DNA of 63,308 nt, counting the filler. It is 4 parts of 4 records of this genome, joined end to end, with 100 filler letters (N's around TTAATTAATTAA, not from the genome) between each part and the next. Parts side by side here need not be neighbours in the genome. Positions count along the whole stretch, not along the records: positions 1 to 21,374 come from SRR31156797_1480; positions 21,475 to 33,260 come from SRR31156797_1481; 2 more parts are not named here. One strand, written 5' to 3'. The translations under genes were made by a program, and so were the position numbers. The notes below the pieces were generated by a model that was not told the DNA's origin, made no database searches, and was given only the letters and a program-made list of their open reading frames with translations. Positions within the stretch are counted from its first letter, which is position 1, and every line of letters starts with the position of its first letter. Shown here piece after piece: positions 19,015 through 28,216 of this stretch.

Positions 19015-21165
19015 TTGACCCGAAAAATTGATTACGAAAATGTTTTAAACCCTGAACAGTTGGAAGCGGTGATGACCCTCGCTGGACCGGTCCTGGTCAT
19101 CGCAGGGGCGGGCAGCGGAAAAACCAGGACTTTGATCTATCGGGTGGCCCGTCTCGTGGAAACCGGCATTCCCCCGGAAGCCATTCTATTACTGACATTT
19201 ACCCGGAAAAGCGCCCAGGAGATGCTGGATCGGGCATCGGAATTATCCGATACCCGATGCCGATTTGTTTCCGGCGGTACATTCCATGCCCTGGCCTTCA
19301 AAGTCCTTAGAAACCACGCCGAAGAGTTGGGCTACACCAACAGTTTCACAATCCTGGACCGCTCGGACATGGAGGAAGTCCTTCGTACCCTGGTGCCCGA
19401 CCTCAAAATGGATGGGAAACCGCCCAGGTTTCCCAAACGGGGCACCCTGGCCAATATCATCAGTAAAGCCGCCAATCTTGAGTTACCGGTTGAAGAACTC
19501 ATGCAGCGCGAATACGGGCAGTTCATGGAAGTGGCTCCCCTCATTCAAACCCTGGGAACACTCTATGGGGATTACAAAAAGAGCCATCAGCTCATGGATT
19601 ATGATGACCTCATTATCCGTTTCAGACAGCTTCTCATGGAAAACCGGCCCATTCGAAACCAATTGGGTGAACGGTATGCTTATGTCATGGTGGATGAATA
19701 CCAGGATACCAACTGCATCCAGGCGGATATCGTCAAATGGCTGGCCCATGAACATCAAAATGTCATGGTGGTGGGCGATGATTCCCAGTCCATATACTCC
19801 TTTCGGGGCGCCAATTTCAGAAACATGCTGGACTTTCCAAAAACCTTTCCCAACACAAAAGTGATTAAACTGGAAGAGAATTACCGGTCCACCCAACCCA
19901 TCCTGGCCCTCACCAACGCGCTCATGGACTCCGCCCATGAAAAATACACCAAGTGCCTCTTTACAAAACGGGAAGGGGGCCATAAACCAAAGGTTATCGA
20001 TACCCATACGGAGCAGGAGCAGGCAACCTTCATTTCCAGATACCTGTCTGAGGCCATGGGGGAAGGGGCCGGTCTTCAGGACTTCGCGGTTCTTTTTCGC
20101 GCAGCGTACCATTCCTTTGAACTGGAAGCGGAACTGACCCGGCAGGGAATCCCTTATGTAAAGCACGGCGGTTTCAAATTCCTGGAGTCCGCCCATATTA
20201 AGGATTTCCTGGCCCACATGCGCGTGGTGGTGAACAGTGATGAAACGGTCAGCTGGCTTCGAATATTGAGGCTGGTTAAAAACATCGGGCAGGGGAAAAG
20301 CCAAAAAATCATCAAATGGATGAAGGAGAACCGCATCCCCCCCCATGATCTTACAAAGTGGCCCAAACTGGGGAAAAGGGACATGGGCCTGAAACCGCTG
20401 GGCGCCCTCCTTGAACGGCTTTCGCCCCGGCACATGACGCCCGTTGAGGCCGTTATGCACGTCATGGACTATTACATCCCCCTCCTCAAGGAACGTTATG
20501 ACGACTACCCCAGGCGGGAGAAGGAATTGCAGCAGCTTGCCCCCATGGCGGAGCGTTATGGAAAACTGGGGACTTTCCTGGACGATCTGGTCCTGGACCC
20601 GCCCGGAAGCTCAGCGGATATGGCCGAAGGGACCCAAGATGGGAAACTGACCCTCTCAACAATTCACTCCGCCAAGGGTCTTGAATGGCCCGTTGTTTTT
20701 GTCATCTGGGCCATGGAAGGGAAATTTCCATCCGCCAGGGCCTACAACAATCCCCTTGATCTGGAAGAAGAACGGCGTCTCATGTATGTGGCAACCACCC
20801 GGGCCAAGGACCGGCTTATGATCTCATACCCCGGAAACGAGGTTTCAGGCTGGTCCGGGTACTCCCCCGGCGGAGAAGGATTGTCCTCGTTTATCACTTC
20901 CCTTTCTCCGGACGTCTATTTGCATGAATCGGGAAAAACGAGAAGATTTAATACCCCTCGAAAACCGGCCTGGCACCAAGGGAAAACAGCGCAAACAATC
21001 AAAAGTTCATCGCAACCCTTCTCCCGGGGCGACCGGGTCAGGCACCCGGCCTTTGGTCCCGGGGTCGTTTCCAAATTCCTCTCCGGCAACAAGGTTGAAG
21101 TATTGTTTAAGACCGCCGGGAAGAAGCTGCTGCACTTGTCGTACACCACCCTTACAAAGATCTGA
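19015..21165 (+). CDS. UvrD/PcrA-family SF1 DNA helicase
   Basis: AGAGSGKT, VDEYQD, VGDDSQSIYSFRGA, LEENYRS, STIHSAKGLEW, EERRLMYVA and C-terminal GDRVRHPAFG. Confidence 0.95.
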   Translation: MTRKIDYENVLNPEQLEAVMTLAGPVLVIAGAGSGKTRTLIYRVARLVETGIPPEAILLLTFTRKSAQEMLDRASELSDTRCRFVSGGTFHALAFKVLRNHAEELGYTNSFTILDRSDMEEVLRTLVPDLKMDGKPPRFPKRGTLANIISKAANLELPVEELMQREYGQFMEVAPLIQTLGTLYGDYKKSHQLMDYDDLIIRFRQLLMENRPIRNQLGERYAYVMVDEYQDTNCIQADIVKWLAHEHQNVMVVGDDSQSIYSFRGANFRNMLDFPKTFPNTKVIKLEENYRSTQPILALTNALMDSAHEKYTKCLFTKREGGHKPKVIDTHTEQEQATFISRYLSEAMGEGAGLQDFAVLFRAAYHSFELEAELTRQGIPYVKHGGFKFLESAHIKDFLAHMRVVVNSDETVSWLRILRLVKNIGQGKSQKIIKWMKENRIPPHDLTKWPKLGKRDMGLKPLGALLERLSPRHMTPVEAVMHVMDYYIPLLKERYDDYPRREKELQQLAPMAERYGKLGTFLDDLVLDPPGSSADMAEGTQDGKLTLSTIHSAKGLEWPVVFVIWAMEGKFPSARAYNNPLDLEEERRLMYVATTRAKDRLMISYPGNEVSGWSGYSPGGEGLSSFITSLSPDVYLHESGKTRRFNTPRKPAWHQGKTAQTIKSSSQPFSRGDRVRHPAFGPGVVSKFLSGNKVEVLFKTAGKKLLHLSYTTLTKI

Positions 21166-21177
21166 ACGTACCTTGTT

Positions 21178-21374
21178 TTAAACCGAAGCAAGGTTCTTGA
21201 GCTTTGGCCGTGGTGGTTTTTGATCATTTTCTCGCGTGGGGTTACGGGCAACCTTACTGATGACATGGTAAAGTGCTTCCGGTTTGATCGGTTTGGACAC
21301 ATAGTCATCCATCCCCGCATGGATACACTTTTCCCGATCCCCCTTCATGGCATGGGCCGTCATGGCGATAATGG
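21178..21374 (-). CDS. C-terminal receiver domain of a hybrid histidine kinase (5' truncated by gap)
   Basis: [28 protein letters not shown]. Confidence 0.85.
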
Positions 21375-21474
21375 NNNNNNNNNNNNNNNNNNNNNNNNNN
21401 NNNNNNNNNNNNNNNNNNTTAATTAATTAANNNNNNNNNNNNNNNNNNNNNNNNNNNNNNNNNNNNNNNNNNNN
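21375..21474. other. Artificial contig spacer (N run with TTAATTAATTAA linker)
   Basis: Seen directly; base composition changes abruptly across it. Confidence 0.99.
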
Positions 21475-21508
21475 TATCAAAAAGAAACTAAAATTTATAT
21501 AATGATTT

Positions 21509-22711
21509 TTACATTAAAAATTCTACTCTTGCTTTTTCCAAATCACTCTGTGTTTTTTCAATATCAGGGTCTCTCATAAATTGTCCGAATATTTTAAAAC
21601 ACTCTTCAGCCATAGACTTTGTAGTATCTCTATCAAAAAATTGTGAAAAACCATCTGCTCCATCCATAGCTTCTTTCCCCTCTTGTATCATTAAAGCTTT
21701 GCTCGCACCTGAAAATCTATTTGGCGAAATATAACCCTGCGGATCATTAAATATCTGCTGTACATCTGCACGACTCATAAATAATAAGAATCGTTTTGCA
21801 GCTTCTTTATTTTTCGAATATTTTGATATAAATAATACATCTGTTGGTCTCTCTTCGTAAATTGGAAAATTATCTTTTAAAGTTGGAAATTTAAAAAATC
21901 CAAAATTAGCATTAAATTTTTCCGGGGTTTGTACAAATATAAAGTTACCTATAAGCATCATAGCTGCTTTTCCTCTGTATAGATAAGGAATCGCTGTATT
22001 CCACTCATATTCATCCATTGTGTTTATAAAATAATCTCTATCTAAGACCACTTTCCATTTTTCCAATACTTCTGTTATTCTTTTATCTTTAAATGATTCT
22101 TTTCCTGCTAATAAATCTAAATGAAATTTTAAACCGTTTATTCGAAGATTTAAATATGAAAACCATGCTGAAGCAGTCCAATGATCTTTTATTCCACTGG
22201 CAAATGGTTTTATGCCGACTTTTCTTAATACTTCACAAACTTCCAGAAACTCTTCCCAAGTTTCAGGTTCCTCAAGTTCATATTTTTCAAATATCTCTTT
22301 ATTATAGTATATCCCCCAGTGATAATAAGAAAGAGGAAGAGCATAAATCTCACCATTTTCCATTATACTATCATTATCAATTTCAAATTGTTCGTTTAGA
22401 TTATTTTCTTTCCACCATTCAGTTAAAGGTTCCATATAACCTGCTCTGGCCATATCTTTAAGCTGAAATCCTGCAAACCACCAGATGACATCATGTTTGA
22501 GAAATTTCTTTTGCTCTATGAAGTTATGATATCTTGTATTACTTGTCTCAAGTAGTTCAACCTGGATATCAGGATTTTCACTTTCAAATAATCTGATCAA
22601 CTCTCGATTTACTTCTCTATGTTTTCCACTTCCTACAAGTATAGTAAAACTAATTTTTTCTGCTGAAAATGCGCATAAATTTAATAATAAAAATAATGAC
22701 ATTAATCTCAT
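21509..22711 (-). CDS. Extracellular solute-binding protein (carbohydrate ABC family 1)
   Basis: Signal peptide; FESENPDIQV, YALP..YYHWGIYYNKEIFEKY, PETWEEF and GKAAM. Confidence 0.88.
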   Translation of the reverse strand: MRLMSLFLLLNLCAFSAEKISFTILVGSGKHREVNRELIRLFESENPDIQVELLETSNTRYHNFIEQKKFLKHDVIWWFAGFQLKDMARAGYMEPLTEWWKENNLNEQFEIDNDSIMENGEIYALPLSYYHWGIYYNKEIFEKYELEEPETWEEFLEVCEVLRKVGIKPFASGIKDHWTASAWFSYLNLRINGLKFHLDLLAGKESFKDKRITEVLEKWKVVLDRDYFINTMDEYEWNTAIPYLYRGKAAMMLIGNFIFVQTPEKFNANFGFFKFPTLKDNFPIYEERPTDVLFISKYSKNKEAAKRFLLFMSRADVQQIFNDPQGYISPNRFSGASKALMIQEGKEAMDGADGFSQFFDRDTTKSMAEECFKIFGQFMRDPDIEKTQSDLEKARVEFLM

Positions 22712-22973
22712 CGCAGCACCACCTTTCAGAAACTTTAATTAAAGTCTCTCAAAATAATAATACTTTGTAATTAAAAAAAATGCAAAACTTTTAAATTTTA
22801 AATAATTTTTATCACTCTATAATTATAGCCTTTTCACCAATAAAATCAAACTAAAATTATATTTTATCTCTTATATACATAATTTTTAAATTTGCAAAAT
22901 GTAAATATTTATTATATAACAAAGAGAAACAGGTGTTTATATCTTAAATTTTGATTTATAGAGGAGTAAAATT

Positions 22974-25151
22974 ATGAAAGTACATTACAAGATGTCGTTT
23001 GCAACAGCCGGCGTAATCCTGATATTTATATCAATATACGGCTTCGTCACGATAAACAGAGAATTAAATCAAGAAAAAGAAAGATTTACCGGAAAGATTA
23101 AAAAAAATAATATCATTGTAAAAAATACACTTGAAGAAGCCCTCTGGAATCTAAATGATCAGGTTATAGAGAGAAACATGGAGTTCTTTTTAGAGGATGA
23201 TGAAATTACCGAATTAGTTCTATTTGATAATTTCAGTTTCTTCCAAAAGAGCAAAAATGAGAACCCAAGAGATGAATACAGCGTAGTTCAAAATTTTACT
23301 CTTAAAAGAGATGATTTCAAAATCGGTGATCTTCAAATTGTATATAGTAATAAAGCAAGAAGGCAGTTAATTGACAAACATATGAATGAAATTTTGAGAA
23401 TTACTTTTTTGATAATCATTACAATTTTCATACTAAACTATTATATTCTAAAATATCTGAATTCTCCTATTAATCGATTATTACTTGCATTAAAAAAAGT
23501 CGAAGGTGGTAATTTAGCTGAAAGACTTGATTTTAAAAGTAAAGATGAATACAAAACTATAGGAATACAGTTTAACAAAATGGTGGAAACCCTTGAATAT
23601 GACCGAGATATATTAATTGCTAAGGAAGCAGAGCTAAAAAAAGCAAAAAATAACGCTGTAGACTACAGTCAGAAGTTAGAAAAATTAAACGAAGAACTTG
23701 AAGAGATTATCGCTAAAAGAACTGAGCAGTTAGAAAAAGAAAAACAACGTGCTGAAACAGCTAATAAAGCAAAAGATAAATTTTTAGCGAATATAAGTCA
23801 CGAGATGCGAACTCCTCTAACGCCTATTATTGGTTTTTCAAAATCATTATTAAGCACTTTGACAGAAGAGCCAATTAATTCTAAACTGGGAATAATTAGA
23901 AAAGCCGGAGAGAGACTTTTAAATTTAACAAATGAACTCCTAAAATTTTCAAAAATCGAAAAATATGAGATAACTTTAACATATGAAAATTTTTCTATCA
24001 GAAACTTTATAGAAAATGTTCATCACGAGAATTTGATTCCATCACAAAACAAAGGCTTAAATTTTGAGTTTTTTATTAATAATACTGTTCCGGAAATGAT
24101 ATTTACTGATAAGATGAAATTATATGAAATCCTTACAAACCTTGTTCAAAATGCAATAAAATATACTAACGAAGGGTTTATAATGATCGAAATTGAAAAT
24201 AATAGTGACTACTTGATTATCGATCTATATGATAGCGGAATAGGGATTGCAAAAGAGAAATTAGGAATAATATTTGATGCTTTTGAACAAATCGATAATA
24301 GTACTGAGGGAGTGGGATTAGGTCTAAATATCGTAAGTAAATTAGTCGAAGCCCTAAACGGTAAAATAAGCATAGAGAGTTCTGTGGGAAATGGTACTCA
24401 TTTCACGATAAAAATACCTCTTGTTGAAAAAAATGACTCAGTTATTGATCTGAAAAATATATTTGCAAACTGGACAAAAAATTTAAGCGATAAGAGATAT
24501 GTGCTTACAATCAAAGCTATGCTTAAGCTTCCAACAAGATTGGATGAAATTTTCAAACATCTTGAAAATGAAGATATTGAAAAAATGAGAAAATCTCTGC
24601 ATAGTCTGATAGGTGTTACAGGAAACTATAAATTCAATGAAATTTTTGAATTAGCAAAACAAATGCATTCAATGCTTCAAACGGATGATAATCTGCATGA
24701 TGTAGCCTTTTTGCTTAAAAAGATGAAAAAAATAATTTACTCTCTTCCATTTAAGCAAATTTTTGATGAAATTATTCAGGGGAATAACCTTAAAATCCTT
24801 ATAGCAGAAGACATTAAAGAGAATCAGGAATTAATAAAAGAGATTTTGGAATTCTCTAATTTAGAGCTAAATTTAGCAGGTGATGGTATTCAGGCACTTG
24901 AAAAAATAAAAGAAAACATGTATGATGTAATCCTCATGGATATACAGATGCCTGAATTAAACGGTGATGAAGTATTGCAAACTCTCAAGTACGAGGAAGT
25001 TGAATTGAAAGCTCAAATAATAGCTTTAACCGCACAGGCACTTTCAAACGATAGGGAAAAATATTTGGAACTTGGTTTTGATGATTATATTTCAAAACCA
25101 ATAGATGAAATCTTGTTATATAGCAAGTTAGGGGAGGTATTTGACTTATGA
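22974..25151 (+). CDS. Membrane hybrid sensor histidine kinase (2 TM, HAMP, HisKA, HATPase, HPt-like, REC)
   Basis: FLANISHEMRTPL, NLVQNAIKYT, DSGIGI, GVGLGL, LHSLIGVTGN, ILIAED and MDIQMP. Confidence 0.92.
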   Translation: MKVHYKMSFATAGVILIFISIYGFVTINRELNQEKERFTGKIKKNNIIVKNTLEEALWNLNDQVIERNMEFFLEDDEITELVLFDNFSFFQKSKNENPRDEYSVVQNFTLKRDDFKIGDLQIVYSNKARRQLIDKHMNEILRITFLIIITIFILNYYILKYLNSPINRLLLALKKVEGGNLAERLDFKSKDEYKTIGIQFNKMVETLEYDRDILIAKEAELKKAKNNAVDYSQKLEKLNEELEEIIAKRTEQLEKEKQRAETANKAKDKFLANISHEMRTPLTPIIGFSKSLLSTLTEEPINSKLGIIRKAGERLLNLTNELLKFSKIEKYEITLTYENFSIRNFIENVHHENLIPSQNKGLNFEFFINNTVPEMIFTDKMKLYEILTNLVQNAIKYTNEGFIMIEIENNSDYLIIDLYDSGIGIAKEKLGIIFDAFEQIDNSTEGVGLGLNIVSKLVEALNGKISIESSVGNGTHFTIKIPLVEKNDSVIDLKNIFANWTKNLSDKRYVLTIKAMLKLPTRLDEIFKHLENEDIEKMRKSLHSLIGVTGNYKFNEIFELAKQMHSMLQTDDNLHDVAFLLKKMKKIIYSLPFKQIFDEIIQGNNLKILIAEDIKENQELIKEILEFSNLELNLAGDGIQALEKIKENMYDVILMDIQMPELNGDEVLQTLKYEEVELKAQIIALTAQALSNDREKYLELGFDDYISKPIDEILLYSKLGEVFDL

Positions 25152-25819
25152 GGCTTTTAATTATTGAGGATGATAAAGAGATAAGGGAACTCATTAAATT
25201 ATCAATCGAAGAACTCAAGTATGAAGTTATGGAGGAGGAAGACGGACGAGCAGGAATTAAAACTGCCGGTTCATCAAAACCACAGCTAATTATTCTGGAT
25301 GTCGGGCTTCCTGACATGTCAGGTTGGGATATTTGTAAAGAGATTCGTAGTAATCCGGAAAAATATGAAAACCCTGTAATCATTATGCTTACAGCTGCTT
25401 CTGATCAGCAGGATGTTTTAAAAGGTTTTGAAATAGGTGCTGATGAATATATCACTAAACCATTTAACGAGCAAGAATTATTCTATAGAATTACCAGATT
25501 CTCCAGTAGATTCGTTAAAGATGGCGATATGATCTCTTATTCTGATATCAGAATGTTTAAAAACAATTTAAGTGTTTTCTTGGATGATTCACCTGTTAAA
25601 CTTGGAAAAAAAGAGTTTGAATTATTAGAATTTTTAATAATTAACAAGGGAATTTTATTGCGAAGAGAGAATATTCTAAATAAAATTTGGGAAGATGATT
25701 GGGATGTTGGTGATAGAGCTGTTGATCAGTGTATCAAAAGACTAAGAAGTAAATTCCCAACTCTGAAAGAAAACCTTAAAACAAAAAGAGGATTTGGATA
25801 TATCTTAAAATCCGTTTAA
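25148..25819 (+). CDS. OmpR/PhoB-family response regulator
   Basis: IIEDD, ILDVGLP, winged helix EFELLEFL...RAVDQCIKRLR and RGFGY; start overlaps the kinase stop. Confidence 0.93.
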   Translation: MRLLIIEDDKEIRELIKLSIEELKYEVMEEEDGRAGIKTAGSSKPQLIILDVGLPDMSGWDICKEIRSNPEKYENPVIIMLTAASDQQDVLKGFEIGADEYITKPFNEQELFYRITRFSSRFVKDGDMISYSDIRMFKNNLSVFLDDSPVKLGKKEFELLEFLIINKGILLRRENILNKIWEDDWDVGDRAVDQCIKRLRSKFPTLKENLKTKRGFGYILKSV

Positions 25820-25820
25820 A

Positions 25821-25850
25821 ATAAAGCGCTTCGGCGCTTTATTTATTTTT
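25821..25850 (+). terminator. Intrinsic terminator
   Basis: ATAAAGCGC-TTCG-GCGCTTTAT followed by a T-rich tract. Confidence 0.75.
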
Positions 25851-25887
25851 TGCACCGTTTAAATTCAACTCATATAAAACACCTTTG

Positions 25888-25906
25888 TGTCACTAATATG
25901 TCACTA
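25888..25906 (+). promoter_or_regulatory. Candidate OmpR/PhoB-type box (direct repeat, 11-bp period)
   Basis: TGTCACTA-ATA-TGTCACTA upstream of the SSS transporter promoter, next to an OmpR-family gene. Confidence 0.5.
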
Positions 25907-25993
25907 TTTTTTTCTAAAAAAATTTTCTATTTCATTTCACTTTATTTCATTCGTTTTTTGAACAAATAACTTTTTTTTAATCCAATTTAGTAT

Positions 25994-26022
25994 TTGACAA
26001 ATATCTCAAGATATATTATACT
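25994..26022 (+). promoter_or_regulatory. Sigma70-type promoter of the SSS transporter
   Basis: TTGACA-17 bp-TATACT. Confidence 0.7.
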
Positions 26023-26251
26023 TACACTCGTATTCAAAATTTATATGTGTTTTTAGTTAAATGTCACAGAAGCGTCTTTTACGACACATTTTATAAAATA
26101 ACTACAAACCCGTAATAACAAAGGAAATGTGTCATATTTTAAAAATTACGACACATAACATTCAGACAATGTTTTAATTTTTTTAACACAATATAGTGAT
26201 TTTTTTAATTTAGTTAGACTAAAATAATTTTTATAAAGGAGTGTATTTATC

Positions 26252-27955
26252 ATGGATTTTTTAACAGTAATATCATTCGTTGCATTTACGGCAATGGTTG
26301 GTATAGCGACTTACATCAAGACGCATAATGACAAAGTTAATTCTGAGGATGGTTATTTTCTTGGAGGAAGAAGTTTAACATGGGGAATTATTGCAGGTTC
26401 TCTATTACTAACTAATCTTAATGCAGCAAACTTTGTCGGAATGAGTGCACAGGCTTACACAAACAATATGTCAGTTATGGGATGGGAAGTTGCATCGGGG
26501 ATAACTCTTGTTATCGTTGCTCTATTCTTAGTACCTAGGTATCTAAAAGGAGGAATTACTACTATTCCTGATTTCCTTGAGGACAGATTTGATTCAGGAG
26601 TAAAGAAATTTTGTACATATCTGTTTTTATTTGGTTATGTATTAAACGTACTTCCACCGACACTTTATTCAGGAGCTATCGCTCTTGGGCAAATTTTCGA
26701 TGTATCCGGTGCAATGGGAATTAGTCATGTAAGTGGTATCTGGATAACAGTTTGGGCAATTGGAATAATCGGTTCAATCTATGCAATCTTTGGCGGTTTA
26801 AAAGCAGTAGCAGTTTCTGATACTATCAATGGTGTCGGATTAATCATTGGTGGACTTTTAGTTCCTTTCTTTGGTGTAAAAATGCTGGGAAACGGAAATA
26901 TCAATGCAGGTATAACTAAAATTTTAACAGAAAACACTGATAAATTAAACGCAGTTGGAAGCAGTACAGATCCTGTTCCATTCACAACTTTATTTACAGG
27001 TATGTTATTAGTTAATCTGTATTACTGGGGAACTGATCAAGCTATTATCCAGAGAGCACTGGGAGCTAAAAACCTTGAGCAAGGTCAAAAAGGTGTTATG
27101 TTAGCTGGATTCCTAAAAGTTTTAACACCATTTATCGTAGTTGTTCCGGGAATTATTTGTTTCCATTTATACGGTGGAGGATTTAATCAACCTGATCTTT
27201 TATACCCTAGATTAGTTAATGACGTTATGCCAAAACCATTAGTTGGTTTCTTTGCAGCTGTAATGTTCGGTGCTATTTTAAGTACTTTCAACTCTGTACT
27301 TAACAGTGCGACTACTCTATTTGCACTAAACGTATATAAACCTATGTTTGGACAAAATAAAAGTGACGAAGAAGTGGTTGGAGAAGGAAAAAAATTCGGA
27401 ATAATCTTAGCATTAGCTTCTATGTTTGTAGCACCATTCATCATGTATGCTCCAAACGGATTATTTGACTATCTTCAAAGAATAAACGGGTTATTTAATG
27501 TTCCGATCTTCACTATTATCTTTATCGGATATGTTACAAAAAGAGTTCCTGCATTTGCTGCAAAAGTTTCATTATCAGTATTTGTAGTTTCATATGCAGT
27601 TTTACAATTTGTAATCAAACCGGAGATTCATTTCTTACATCAATTAGGAGCATTATTCGTAATCTGTAGTGCCATAATGTTAATTATCGGAAAAATCAAA
27701 CCAATGGAAAAAGCTTTTGTACTTAAAAATAGAGAAGTTGTTGATATCAAACCTTGGGATAACAGATATGAAGCTGCTGTTATAGTAGTATTTGTAATGA
27801 TCAGCATGTATTTAGTATTCTCTGGAATAGGTATCAGTAGTGATAGTCTTACTCAGCTTAAAATAAGCATCTCAGTTTTAGCAGCAATTGCAATAATGCT
27901 AATTATATTTATTAGAAATAGAAAAAAAGTTGCTGTAGTTATGACAAAGGCATAA
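26252..27955 (+). CDS. Sodium:solute symporter (YidK/SGLT-like sugar transporter)
   Basis: GYFLGGRSL, TIPDFLEDRF, GGLKAVAVSD, YYWGTDQAIIQRALGAK and multiple TM helices. Confidence 0.93.
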   Translation: MDFLTVISFVAFTAMVGIATYIKTHNDKVNSEDGYFLGGRSLTWGIIAGSLLLTNLNAANFVGMSAQAYTNNMSVMGWEVASGITLVIVALFLVPRYLKGGITTIPDFLEDRFDSGVKKFCTYLFLFGYVLNVLPPTLYSGAIALGQIFDVSGAMGISHVSGIWITVWAIGIIGSIYAIFGGLKAVAVSDTINGVGLIIGGLLVPFFGVKMLGNGNINAGITKILTENTDKLNAVGSSTDPVPFTTLFTGMLLVNLYYWGTDQAIIQRALGAKNLEQGQKGVMLAGFLKVLTPFIVVVPGIICFHLYGGGFNQPDLLYPRLVNDVMPKPLVGFFAAVMFGAILSTFNSVLNSATTLFALNVYKPMFGQNKSDEEVVGEGKKFGIILALASMFVAPFIMYAPNGLFDYLQRINGLFNVPIFTIIFIGYVTKRVPAFAAKVSLSVFVVSYAVLQFVIKPEIHFLHQLGALFVICSAIMLIIGKIKPMEKAFVLKNREVVDIKPWDNRYEAAVIVVFVMISMYLVFSGIGISSDSLTQLKISISVLAAIAIMLIIFIRNRKKVAVVMTKA

Positions 27956-28113
27956 TAAAGTTTTATTGTCAGAAATTTACAATTTAATATGAGCTTATAA
28001 ATAAAAGTTCAACAAGGCAACTCAAACTATTGTTTTCTCTCTCCTATGGAGCCAGTAATAGTTTGTAGTTGCCTTTTACTCTATTCTATTTTCTTAATAC
28101 TTATTTGATTTTA

Positions 28114-28159
28114 TTGACAGGAAAGGATTTATGTAATATAATTTTTAGTAACACGCGTT
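28114..28159 (+). promoter_or_regulatory. Consensus sigma70 promoter of lacI-family gene with candidate operator near +1
   Basis: TTGACA-17 bp-TATAAT (28114-28142), followed by the near-palindrome AACACGCGTT (28150-28159) with a central CG typical of LacI operators. Confidence 0.7.
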
Positions 28160-28165
28160 CTTAAA

Positions 28166-28201
28166 TTTGTAATTTAGTTTGTAATTTAGTTTGTAATTTA
28201 G
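28166..28201 (+). repeat. Perfect 3 x 12-bp tandem repeat (TTTGTAATTTAG)
   Basis: Seen directly in the 5' UTR, immediately before the AGGAGG RBS. Confidence 0.95.
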
Positions 28202-28216
28202 AAAGGAGGTATTAAC

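Noticed and set aside
12954-20460. Long antisense ORFs (12954-13796, 15576-16490, 19483-20460)
   Set aside because: Fully opposite well-supported genes in GC-rich DNA and without recognisable motifs.
19015-21165. UvrD helicase as part of an anti-phage system
   Set aside because: Full-length housekeeping PcrA/UvrD architecture with no partner nuclease or ATPase.
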